A model generated the notes under the pieces. That model searched no databases and was not told the DNA's origin. It saw nothing but the letters and a program-made list of their open reading frames with translations. A DNA stretch of 64,000 bases from a virus. Taxonomy: Duplodnaviria; Caudoviricetes. The position numbers and the translations under genes were made by a program. Shown here in pieces: positions 39,988-49,076 of the stretch (position 1 is the stretch's first letter; each line of letters begins with the position of its first letter). The DNA lies in the IMG/VR virus record IMGVR_UViG_3300029305_011823; one strand, written 5' to 3'.

Positions 39988-40164
39988 TTATACTAATAAT
40001 AAATAAAATACAACGTAAAATGTTATTATTATAAATGAAATTATAGTTGTTGCTATTTTTTTATCTTGAATACTTTTAATGAATGCATAAACTGTTAATC
40101 CAGCACCTATAATATATAATATTACAAATATAATTAATAATATTAAAATATTTACAGGAATCAT
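39988..40164 (-). CDS. small two-TM membrane protein (not in ORF track)
   Basis: MIPVNILILLIIFVILYIIGAGLTVYAFIKSIQDKKIATTIISF..., 58 aa; ATGA overlap with upstream stop; AGGAGG RBS. Confidence 0.75.
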   Translation of the reverse strand: MIPVNILILLIIFVILYIIGAGLTVYAFIKSIQDKKIATTIISFIIITFYVVFYLLLV

Positions 40165-40898
40165 TTAGATACCTCCTTTGTAGTTATAATAGGTTCATAT
40201 TTACTATTTACTCTTCCAACAACCCAATGTTGAAATATAGTTACTATAATATAACCTAATACAACTGCTAAATAACAAAACTGAATTGGAATATTTATAC
40301 CTAAATTTATTAAATGTAATGGCATTCTAGTTGTCGATGTATAATTTGTGCCGAATATAAAATTAATTATTGTATTAATCGTTAACAAAATAGTTGTTAT
40401 TATACAACACATTTTTACATCCTCTCTAGTTGAACCAATCTTTTTGACAAACAGATAGTTGCCTGATATTAACATAATATATACGTGTAATAATACAGTT
40501 GTTATTTGTAATATATGCGGGAAAGGATATTTAAATATTGTAGGGAATATTAACCCTGCTATACCCCCATAAAATCCCCAATAACTACCTAATTTTAGAC
40601 AAAACTTATTATTACAAAATATGCCTATTGTAAATAAATACAACACTATTCTACATGTATACAGAGGTAATCCTTTTAGAAACAAACTCTCAGGTCCTAT
40701 TATATACCAACCATATAATATAATTTGTAATCCTAATATAAATAAAGTTGATATTTTTTCAATAAAAATATTTTGTTTTTGATATTTAACCATCCAATTT
40801 AAAAAGGTAAAACTTCCGACCAATAAACATATGTGCCATAATCCTAATAAATGTAGACCGCTTTCGGATTGAATTGTAGCAAACATAACTCTCATCAT
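40161..40898 (-). CDS. YwaF/TMEM164-like integral membrane protein
   Basis: Multiple TM segments; LPLYTC motif, conserved H, N..FGTNY. Confidence 0.7.
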   Translation of the reverse strand: MMRVMFATIQSESGLHLLGLWHICLLVGSFTFLNWMVKYQKQNIFIEKISTLFILGLQIILYGWYIIGPESLFLKGLPLYTCRIVLYLFTIGIFCNNKFCLKLGSYWGFYGGIAGLIFPTIFKYPFPHILQITTVLLHVYIMLISGNYLFVKKIGSTREDVKMCCIITTILLTINTIINFIFGTNYTSTTRMPLHLINLGINIPIQFCYLAVVLGYIIVTIFQHWVVGRVNSKYEPIITTKEVSK

Positions 40899-40951
40899 AA
40901 ATATTACCTCCCTTATTTTTTATATTTATTTGTTATATTATTTATTATTTT

Positions 40952-41371
40952 CTATCTATCTCTTACTGTGCAGAATATATAAACTCTCATAACTTCTAAT
41001 AAAGCTAATTTATCATTTATATATCTTATCAATTCATAATCATCATTATCATCACACATTTTAGTTGCATCGTGTATCATTATAACTACAGGATCATAAT
41101 AAATACCTTTAGAATAGAAATCGTGATATATAACATAAAGTTGTTCCTCTAATTCTTCTAGTGTATAATCATTATATTCTGAATAAGATGTATAATTTAT
41201 AGGATAAGTTAAATCATCTATTGTTATTTTACTATAACTACCTGTAAGGTTAATATAGGTTAATATTATACCATCTTCATTCTCAAGTCCTATATCGTAG
41301 GCTTTATTGAATAATTCTACTAAAACAGTACCTTCATCATCTTCGCAAAAGTATGAAATTGTAGCATTCAT
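40952..41371 (-). CDS. hypothetical protein
   Basis: 139-aa ORF with RBS. Confidence 0.7.
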   Translation of the reverse strand: MNATISYFCEDDEGTVLVELFNKAYDIGLENEDGIILTYINLTGSYSKITIDDLTYPINYTSYSEYNDYTLEELEEQLYVIYHDFYSKGIYYDPVVIMIHDATKMCDDNDDYELIRYINDKLALLEVMRVYIFCTVRDR

Positions 41372-41431
41372 TAGTAAATTAATACCTCCTATGAATTAAA
41401 AATGTATAAGGAAGTTTCCTTCCTTATACAA

Positions 41432-41653
41432 TTAATATCTCCAAACTATTCTTCCTGTTGTTAAATCATAAACAGAAATTTCAAAATCTACCTTATCATT
41501 TTCAACTATAGCTATTTTATTTTGTCTTAGTTTACCTGATAAAGAACAAGTTGCTGTAACTTCAACTTCATCAGCTTTCACTATAAATTTTGCTCCTGGT
41601 AAGCATTTTATAACCGTACCTTTTAATTTCATTATATCTTTACTTTTTGCCAT
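41432..41653 (-). CDS. infA: translation initiation factor IF-1
   Basis: MAK.KD...KG.V...LPGAKF.V.......C.LSGKLR.N.I.I...DKV..E.S.YDLT.GRIVWR. Confidence 0.93.
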   Translation of the reverse strand: MAKSKDIMKLKGTVIKCLPGAKFIVKADEVEVTATCSLSGKLRQNKIAIVENDKVDFEISVYDLTTGRIVWRY

Positions 41654-41669
41654 TCTCTAACTCCTTTTT

Positions 41670-44066
41670 TTATTTAAACCATATTTCGTCCCCATACTGC
41701 TTGATAGTCCTATCAGTTGTAAATGGGAAACTGTTTGCTATATTTATTAAACATTTTTTGTTCCATTCTCTTCTGTTATTTTTGTATAAACTATTCATTT
41801 CATATGTTTTATCAAGATATTCTTGTAAATCTGTTAATGTGAAGAAATGGTCATTTGACATTAATTCCCAATATAATTCTTCACCAGCTCTATCAATTTG
41901 TTTTAACATTTCCATTGCTTTTTCTATCTTGTTGTTTGTTTTAACTATATGTCTTCCACTTAAATCTGTCCATGTAGCATATCTATTTAAAACTTCATCT
42001 TTACGTAAACCGAATAAGAATATATTTTCTTCTCCTACATATTCAGTTATCTCAACATTAGCACCATCTAATGTACCTAATGTTAAAGCACCATTCATCA
42101 TGAATTTCATATTTGATGTTCCAGATGCTTCTTTAGATGCAGTTGGTATTTGTTCAGATATATCTGTAGCAGGTATTATTAATTCTGCTTTAGAAACATT
42201 GTAATCTTCTATAAATACAAGTTTCATTTTTCCATTTACTCGTTCGTCATTATTTATAACTTTTGCTAATTTATTAAATACTTTTATAACATTCTTAGCT
42301 GATCTATAACTAGCTGCCGCTTTACCAGCCATTATAAATGTCATAGGATAAAATTCTTTTTCTGGATTTTCTAATAAATCGTTGTATATCATCATTATTC
42401 TTAATACGTTCATTATTTGTCTTTTATACATATGAATACGTTTTATCTGAACGTCGAATATACTATTAGGATCTAAATCCAATCCTGTCTCTCTTATAAA
42501 TCTTTGTTTATTAAGCATTTTAATATCATTTATTGTCCATAATATTGCACCTGTATCATGGAATTGTTCTAATTCTTTCATTTGTTTAAGATCCTGTTTC
42601 CAACCTTCTCCTAATATTGTAGTTATGAATCTAGTTAAATCAGGATTTGCTAATAATAACCATCTTCTATGTGCTATACCATTTGTTTTGTTATTAAATG
42701 CTTGTGGTTTATCCATATAGAAATCTTTAAGAGTTTCTTCTTCTAATATTTCTGTGTGTAATGCAGCAACTCCGTTTATACTATAGCTACACATACAATC
42801 CATATTAGCCATACGTACGTTTCCGTAGTTATCTATTATTTTCATTCTATCTATTTTAGATGTATTATATCCTTTTACTTTTCTTAAATACTCTACATAT
42901 CTTCTGTCTATTTCTTGTATTATCATATATATTCTTGGAATTAAAGATTGTAACATATACCCACTCCATACTTCAAGAGCTTCTTGCATTATTGTGTGGT
43001 TTGTATAACTACAAACTTTAGTTGTTACATTCCAAGCTTCATCCCATCCTAATCCTTCTTCATCCATTAACACCCTCATTAATTCAGGTATAACTAAAGA
43101 TGGATGTGTATCATTTATATGAACTGCAAGATGTTTATCTAGTTCTCTTAAATTCACTCCACGTTTTTTGAATTTATTAACTAAAGATTGTATACCTGCA
43201 GAACATAGGAAATATTCTTGTTTTAATCTTAATTCTTTACCTTCATGTGTAGAATCATCTGGATAAAGATTCTCACATATTTGATTTATTAATGTCCTTC
43301 TTCTTTGCATGTTATTATCATGACAATAGTTTATTCCACATTCATCAAGAATATTATAAGAAGGCATATCAGCTTCCCAAGTTCTTAAATAGTTCACTGT
43401 ATTATTTTCATAACCAGGAACTGGTATATCATATGCTCTTGCTACTATTGGTTCATAGTTTTCAAGAATTGGAACTAAATCATTTCCATTAGTTTCAAAT
43501 CTAACCGAACCTCTAAGTTTGATTATATATTCTTCACCTGATTTTGAATCCCAAGCATAATAACCATTCTTAAGCCATCTATCAGGTAACTCAACTTGCT
43601 CATCATTAAATATTTCTTGTTTGAACAACCCATGTCTATATCTTATAGTTTGACCATAACCTGCATATTCTAAACACGCCATTGAATCTATGAAACAAGC
43701 AGCTAATCTACCTAATCCTCCGTTTGCTATAGCTGGTTCTGGTTCTACTTCAACTAATTCATTTAAATCCCAATCAAGGTCATCCATAACTTCATTCACT
43801 ACATCTTCTAATCCTCTATTTAAAATTATTGATTTAAGTTGTTTTCCTAATAAGAACTCTATTGAAAAATAATGTACCTCTTTCTTCCCTTCAAGATTTT
43901 GATTACATCTTTTCCAATCTTCTGACATTGTATCTTTTAAAGAATTTGCTAAAACGTCAAATCTTTCAAATACATTTAATTGATCTACATTCTTTTGAAA
44001 TATTTTAGTTGCGTTTTTTTCAATTAACTTTTTAAAATTATCAACTCTATCAAATTCTTTTATCAT
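41670..44066 (-). CDS. glgP: glycogen/maltodextrin phosphorylase
   Basis: YFSIEFLLG, NGGLGRLAACF, RLKQEY, INDTHP, YTNHT, NGVAALH, QIKRIHMYKRQ, PLP site EASGTSNMKFMMNG. Confidence 0.95.
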   Translation of the reverse strand: MIKEFDRVDNFKKLIEKNATKIFQKNVDQLNVFERFDVLANSLKDTMSEDWKRCNQNLEGKKEVHYFSIEFLLGKQLKSIILNRGLEDVVNEVMDDLDWDLNELVEVEPEPAIANGGLGRLAACFIDSMACLEYAGYGQTIRYRHGLFKQEIFNDEQVELPDRWLKNGYYAWDSKSGEEYIIKLRGSVRFETNGNDLVPILENYEPIVARAYDIPVPGYENNTVNYLRTWEADMPSYNILDECGINYCHDNNMQRRRTLINQICENLYPDDSTHEGKELRLKQEYFLCSAGIQSLVNKFKKRGVNLRELDKHLAVHINDTHPSLVIPELMRVLMDEEGLGWDEAWNVTTKVCSYTNHTIMQEALEVWSGYMLQSLIPRIYMIIQEIDRRYVEYLRKVKGYNTSKIDRMKIIDNYGNVRMANMDCMCSYSINGVAALHTEILEEETLKDFYMDKPQAFNNKTNGIAHRRWLLLANPDLTRFITTILGEGWKQDLKQMKELEQFHDTGAILWTINDIKMLNKQRFIRETGLDLDPNSIFDVQIKRIHMYKRQIMNVLRIMMIYNDLLENPEKEFYPMTFIMAGKAAASYRSAKNVIKVFNKLAKVINNDERVNGKMKLVFIEDYNVSKAELIIPATDISEQIPTASKEASGTSNMKFMMNGALTLGTLDGANVEITEYVGEENIFLFGLRKDEVLNRYATWTDLSGRHIVKTNNKIEKAMEMLKQIDRAGEELYWELMSNDHFFTLTDLQEYLDKTYEMNSLYKNNRREWNKKCLINIANSFPFTTDRTIKQYGDEIWFK

Positions 44067-44130
44067 ATTAATTATTCTCCTTTTCCTATTCCATAATTTT
44101 ATTAATTCATTGTATATACCCATATAAATT

Positions 44131-44244
44131 TTAACAAAAAAGGAAGCTTCGAAACTTCCTTTTTATTCTCATTATTAATGTTTCCTTACGGTTCATTGAT
44201 GTAACTGAACCATTTGCTATTAAATATTTTGTAAGTTTTGTCAT
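44131..44244 (-). CDS. possible 37-aa peptide
   Basis: GAGGAG RBS; MTKLTKYLIANGSVTSMNRKETLIMRIKRKFRSFLFC; 3' end runs through a terminator hairpin. Confidence 0.35.
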   Translation of the reverse strand: MTKLTKYLIANGSVTSMNRKETLIMRIKRKFRSFLFC

Positions 44245-44265
44245 CTGTTTTTTCTCCTCACATGA

Positions 44266-44796
44266 TTATTTTAATACATCTTTTATCCAACTAGGACATG
44301 TTGTTTTAGCACCTGATCTTCTCCAAGCTTTCCACAACTCTTCACGTTTCTTTGTTTCCTCATCTACAACTGTATATGTTATTTTAACATTAGTTGTATT
44401 CGGGTCTCTCCAAATTTCTAAGAATTCATTAACAGCTTCAGCTTCAGATACTTCTCCTTCTAATGGTGTATTCTTTTCTAAATCGTAAACCATAGTTCTA
44501 GCATTATTACTTAATTCATCATTTCGTCTTGCTAAATCTAATATCACTGATATATGAATGAAATCTTGTTCATCTGGATAAACGTCACCATATTGATCCG
44601 TGAAACTAACAGTTATTGTATCTTTATATTCATCTTTTATATCATTCCATATTATTGAATACGTATGCATTCGGTACCCAAAATAATTTCCAATATCTTT
44701 ATATTTCACCCATATACCGTCATTATAAGCAACATAACCAATTTCAACTTCTTTACCATACTTCATTAATTTGTAAAATTTTAATTCACTATTCAT
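44266..44796 (-). CDS. BRO-N-like domain protein
   Basis: IWVKYKDIGNYFGY...DEYK...FIHIS.I..L pattern of Bro-N. Confidence 0.5.
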   Translation of the reverse strand: MNSELKFYKLMKYGKEVEIGYVAYNDGIWVKYKDIGNYFGYRMHTYSIIWNDIKDEYKDTITVSFTDQYGDVYPDEQDFIHISVILDLARRNDELSNNARTMVYDLEKNTPLEGEVSEAEAVNEFLEIWRDPNTTNVKITYTVVDEETKKREELWKAWRRSGAKTTCPSWIKDVLK

Positions 44797-44826
44797 AATA
44801 TCATTCTCCTTTATTTTTATAATTTT

Positions 44827-45180
44827 TATTGTTAACATGATTAAGTCTAATAATGTTGTATATACTTATTATATCCTAATTACTCGAGCTTGGCTGGTAC
44901 TCATACCATTCACACCTTTTCAGGTTAACCCCTCTCTTTCTCTCAGGATTAATGTCTTCAGCATAGATTTTAAAATCCTTAGCTTACTATAACATTAGAA
45001 TATCCATTCACCTAATTACTCGAGCTTGGCTGGTACTCATACCATTCACACCTTTTCAGGTTAACCCCTCTCTTTCTCTCAGGTTCATACTTTTGGCATA
45101 GTCTTAGACCTTAGCCTACGGTATTAGAATATTCAGTTTTGTATTTTTAATTATTATTAAACTTAATCATGTTAACAATA
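44827..45180 (-). ncRNA. candidate ~350-nt structured RNA with two tandem domains enclosed by a 28-bp terminal stem
   Basis: Exact 73-nt direct repeats (44875-44947, 45011-45083); 28-nt inverted repeats (44827-44854, 45153-45180); covarying receptor hairpins; promoter +1 at 45179. Confidence 0.7.
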
Positions 45181-45190
45181 ATTACTTGTT
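45179..45190 (-). promoter_or_regulatory. AR9-type late promoter
   Basis: AACAAGTAATTA; predicted +1 falls at the start of the terminal stem. Confidence 0.7.
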
Positions 45191-45250
45191 ATATTAAATA
45201 TAGTTAATCAATAAGGATAAATTTATCCTTATTGATTATTTGATTCATCA

Positions 45251-46165
45251 TTAGAATAAATGTTTAAATTTTTCGTTATTGATTTTAAATTTGTTCATTT
45301 TAGCATATGCTAATTTTATATTTTCAGGAACTTTCATATCTTTATTATTTACAACTGCTTCTAATAATTTATAATTAAGATATTTATCTATTAACGTTTC
45401 TTTTCTTCCTGTTCTTTCATTAAATCTTACTATTGAATTACAAGCTGCGTGTAATGCTTTTTCAAATTTTTCTTCAGATAATGCACCACAAGTTTTATAT
45501 AAGAATGATTGTATTCTTGTTGCATATGGTTTATGTTTTTCATCTATATTCTTATCTATTCCTGCTTTACAACATGCTGTTACAAATTCTTCTGGTTGTA
45601 AATCTGGAATTGCTTGTGTTAATATTGCTCCTAAAACATTTTCACTTATAGCACTTATTGAATATTTACCATTATATGCTTTAAATAATATCTCTGGTAA
45701 ATTTTCTAAAATGTTTTCAACTTCTTTAGATCTAAAGAATGGAGTTACTTCATATCCCCTAACTGTTTTAACTGAAGACATTAATATTACTATATCAGTT
45801 TCTTTATGTCCTGTTATATTCATTCCTAATTCTATTTCTCTTAATTGATATCCTAACATATAAGCTTCATTTGCTAATTCTTTATCTTCTATATGATGTG
45901 TTGCTGTATATAATACAAATGCCATATTAAAGTTAATTCTTGAATCTCCTGAATTTATTAAATATGAAATTGTATTCATAAATCTTTTTCCTCTAATGAT
46001 TTCACACACTTCATTAAATTCTTTCTTAGCTTTATAATTATACATGTTATTTACAAAATAATCTATTATCACTTCTTGATAATCTATTACAGCTGCTTCT
46101 AATTCTTGCATTGTTAAATCATAACTCATTTCATTTACAAATCCTTTTATATTTAGTTCTCTCAT
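45251..46165 (-). CDS. hypothetical protein
   Basis: 304-aa helical ORF with RBS. Confidence 0.8.
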   Translation of the reverse strand: MRELNIKGFVNEMSYDLTMQELEAAVIDYQEVIIDYFVNNMYNYKAKKEFNEVCEIIRGKRFMNTISYLINSGDSRINFNMAFVLYTATHHIEDKELANEAYMLGYQLREIELGMNITGHKETDIVILMSSVKTVRGYEVTPFFRSKEVENILENLPEILFKAYNGKYSISAISENVLGAILTQAIPDLQPEEFVTACCKAGIDKNIDEKHKPYATRIQSFLYKTCGALSEEKFEKALHAACNSIVRFNERTGRKETLIDKYLNYKLLEAVVNNKDMKVPENIKLAYAKMNKFKINNEKFKHLF

Positions 46166-46216
46166 ATACTTACCTCCTAAAATTTTTATAATTTATTTTT
46201 TGGAACATATAAATTA

Positions 46217-46567
46217 CTAATCTAAGTTATCCCATTCTTTAAATTGTGCTTTTAAGCTCTCAACATGTGTTTGCTTCCATTCATCTCTAACTTCTGGTAT
46301 CCTTTTAACAAATTCATCTTTTATTACAGACTCTTCTGCCCAAGATATAATTTTCTTACAAAAATCATTCACATATAATTCTCCTAATTCATCTAAGGCT
46401 TCTTCTTTTTCTTTATCACTCATTGAATTATGAGTTAAGCAATACATTGTTATTGCTCTACTATATTCATTTCCTTTCATTGCTTCAACAGCTGCTAAAT
46501 CTATCGCTTCACTAAGACTAAACTCTTTATTTCTTTTTTTCATTATATCTTCTCTTTTTATAGCCAT
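46217..46567 (-). CDS. hypothetical protein
   Basis: ORF downstream of an early motif at 46606-46639. Confidence 0.75.
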   Translation of the reverse strand: MAIKREDIMKKRNKEFSLSEAIDLAAVEAMKGNEYSRAITMYCLTHNSMSDKEKEEALDELGELYVNDFCKKIISWAEESVIKDEFVKRIPEVRDEWKQTHVESLKAQFKEWDNLD

Positions 46568-46676
46568 GGTATCTACCTCCAAATATTTTTATTTTACTTC
46601 ATCTATATAATATAGCATTGAAATAGCACCTTTTTACAGTAATAAAATAAGTTATGGTGACTTAAATCACCATAAC

Positions 46677-46865
46677 TTATTCTTTATTTTTATCATGATT
46701 TTTCTTTATTACTAAATATAGTTCTTTCAATTTAAGGAATATTGCTGCACAAGCTACAGCAGATAATAAACCTTTCATAACCACGTCTTGTATAACGATT
46801 AATCCTGTGACTAATAACATACCTATTATAAGCACATCGCAAACTAAATTGAAAGTTCCTTTCAT
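46677..46865 (-). CDS. small two-TM membrane protein
   Basis: 62 aa, hydrophobic with basic tail. Confidence 0.7.
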   Translation of the reverse strand: MKGTFNLVCDVLIIGMLLVTGLIVIQDVVMKGLLSAVACAAIFLKLKELYLVIKKNHDKNKE

Positions 46866-46867
46866 CT

Positions 46868-47074
46868 CTACTCACCCTTATGTCTTATTTTGTAATGCCC
46901 ATATATTCCTAATCCAGCTAATCCTATTAAACCTAATAGGAATCCGATTGCTGCCCAAATTCTAGCGTCAAAATTCATTCCATGTTCAACATTTAATTTC
47001 TCTGCCCATCTAAATCCTATGAATCCAAATAATATCCAAGCTATTAATTGTATTAACATTTCCATTTTTTTCAC
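46868..47074 (-). CDS. small two-TM membrane protein
   Basis: 68 aa; W...GFLLG.IGL pattern. Confidence 0.7.
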   Translation of the reverse strand: MKKMEMLIQLIAWILFGFIGFRWAEKLNVEHGMNFDARIWAAIGFLLGLIGLAGLGIYGHYKIRHKGE

Positions 47075-47113
47075 GCTCCTTTTCTAAATAATTGTATATC
47101 GTATTATAAAAAA

Positions 47114-47782
47114 TTATTCTGATATATAAAATACAATCAATCTACCATTCTTAACACTATAATCACATGTATATAATCCAACTATATGACTATTCTCATC
47201 ATATTCAACACCATTAATAAAATAATCACTATTTTGTTTTATCAATGCCACAGCATCAGATGTTTCCATATTGTCAATTTGTTTATAAAAGAAATTGTTA
47301 TTTGTAACATAATAAGCAAACGGCTTGAATGTTTTTGTATTTTCTGCCGTTTCTATAGTCAATACAGACTCTTTAAATCTTTGATGGTCTTTTTGAAAAT
47401 AATGTAAGTTATTAAACATTGTTCCATTTTTCATACTATGTCCGTACAACATTGTATACTTACCATCAAAAGGTTCATCACTAGAGCAATAGAATATAGC
47501 TCCACTATTGCTTTCATTCCCTTGATAATCGTGATTGATATAAAAAATATTATCTGTATATGTCATAACAGGATAGTCTATAGCAGTTCCTTCTACTGTT
47601 ATCCAATCATATCCATGCTCTTTTAAATACTTACTAGTATCATTTGATCGTGTTTTTTCGTTTTGTACTTCTTCATAAGTTTTCTTAGCTTTATAATATT
47701 CCCATTGCTTTTGACCAATTTCCCATGAACTTATAGATAATACTGCAATTAATATTACATTTATAACATTCTTTAATTTCAT
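47114..47782 (-). CDS. srtB: class B sortase
   Basis: N-terminal TM; WI.V.GT.IDYPV, FYINHD, SGAIF, YGHSM..GTMF..L (His), LYTC (Cys), GR (Arg). Confidence 0.9.
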   Translation of the reverse strand: MKLKNVINVILIAVLSISSWEIGQKQWEYYKAKKTYEEVQNEKTRSNDTSKYLKEHGYDWITVEGTAIDYPVMTYTDNIFYINHDYQGNESNSGAIFYCSSDEPFDGKYTMLYGHSMKNGTMFNNLHYFQKDHQRFKESVLTIETAENTKTFKPFAYYVTNNNFFYKQIDNMETSDAVALIKQNSDYFINGVEYDENSHIVGLYTCDYSVKNGRLIVFYISE

Positions 47783-47845
47783 AAATTATACCTCCTATAC
47801 TAAAATAAAAAATAGAGTGGAGAATCTTTCTCCACTCTATTTTAC

Positions 47846-48439
47846 TTATTCTTCATCTTTCTTTTTATTAACTACAAATAATCCTATACTTGCTGCTGCT
47901 ACTGTTATTGCTCCAACCATCATACCAGCATCTCCTGTATTTGGATCATGTATTTCTGGTTCTTCTTCTACTGGTGGATCGACTGGTTCGTCATCTTTAA
48001 AATCAGGCACACCGTTTCCATCTTCATCTTGTGGATATTTATAATCTATTCCTATTTTTACAGTTTTTACATCTGATGCTCCAAGAGGATCGTCAAGATC
48101 GTCAAGATCTACACTATTACGTATCAATCCAGACCCATTATTTTCTACATTTATTTTTTCCATTGGTACATTAACTTCAGATCCATCTTTTAATATTAAT
48201 TTAACGTATGTTATATTATAATTTTCAACCCATGCTGCTTTTATATCTGCTAATAAAATATTAGATGGTCCATCTAGTTCTAAAAAAACATTGTTATCTT
48301 GGAATATGAACACTTCATCTAATTTTATATTTTCAACAATTAACGCATCATTAACATGTACATCGTCTGCAAATACATTTCCGCTCATTCCAAATACTAA
48401 TAAACCTGCTACTAATAAACTTTTAACTTTTTTGTTCAT
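47846..48439 (-). CDS. cell-wall-anchored protein (sortase substrate)
   Basis: Signal peptide ending VFA; Pro/acidic linker; sorting signal DPNTGD, hydrophobic TM, KKK tail. Confidence 0.85.
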   Translation of the reverse strand: MNKKVKSLLVAGLLVFGMSGNVFADDVHVNDALIVENIKLDEVFIFQDNNVFLELDGPSNILLADIKAAWVENYNITYVKLILKDGSEVNVPMEKINVENNGSGLIRNSVDLDDLDDPLGASDVKTVKIGIDYKYPQDEDGNGVPDFKDDEPVDPPVEEEPEIHDPNTGDAGMMVGAITVAAASIGLFVVNKKKDEE

Positions 48440-48524
48440 ATAAAATCTCTCCTTTTTAATTTATATTTTTTATTTAGTTTTCTCGATGCTTTTCTATTAA
48501 TATTTTGTTATTTGTTATATAAAA

Positions 48525-49004
48525 TTATATAAACTCGTAATTATTATTTATTATTTCTTCTATTTCAATCATTAGTTCATTCATTCTATCTAATACTAAA
48601 GTTATTTCTTCTTCTATTTCAGCTTTTTCTTGTTCGTTTGCAGCTATTGTATATTTTAATCCTAATTCCATTAATTCGTCTAAGCAATTATCTAATTCTA
48701 TAGTTAGTTTTTGTGTTGGTTTGATTCTATTTTTTGTCATATAATCAAATAAATTAATCGCATCGTTCATTGTTAAATCTTCGTCTTCTGTTATTGTAAA
48801 TAACACATTATCTATCAATCTCATTATTGCAAAATATTCTTGTTCTAAAACAACAACATCAATTTCTTGTTGAATATTTTCTTTTGTTGGTTCAGGTTCA
48901 TTATTTTGACATCCTGTCAACCCTAAACAACATAAAGTTAAGATAAGGGCTAAACCTATAATTGCTATATTTTTTATCAATTTTCCAATTATAATCTTTT
49001 TCAT
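48525..49004 (-). CDS. lipoprotein
   Basis: Basic N-terminus, hydrophobic stretch, lipobox LTGC. Confidence 0.75.
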   Translation of the reverse strand: MKKIIIGKLIKNIAIIGLALILTLCCLGLTGCQNNEPEPTKENIQQEIDVVVLEQEYFAIMRLIDNVLFTITEDEDLTMNDAINLFDYMTKNRIKPTQKLTIELDNCLDELMELGLKYTIAANEQEKAEIEEEITLVLDRMNELMIEIEEIINNNYEFI

Positions 49005-49076
49005 TTATATCATTCCCCTTTCTATTCTAAATATTTGTTATATATGTTATAAAAAAATAAGATACCTTGAGGTATC

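Noticed and set aside
41647-42204. 185-aa plus-strand ORF and other short antisense ORFs in the track
   Set aside because: Shadows of well-supported genes on the opposite strand; no RBS or motifs
44875-45083. CRISPR array, or tandem glycine/FMN riboswitch, or hammerhead
   Set aside because: Only two 73-nt repeats with similar intervening segments and no cas genes. Plus-strand CUUUUCAGG/CUCUCAGG lack the GGAGA/GAAGG partners of glycine aptamers. CUGAGAG does not fit hammerhead CUGANGA, and the FMN elements are not in order.
44827-45180. Retron msr-msd or MITE (inverted repeats)
   Set aside because: No reverse transcriptase or transposase in the window and no clear target-site duplication; the promoter and G.U asymmetry favour an RNA stem
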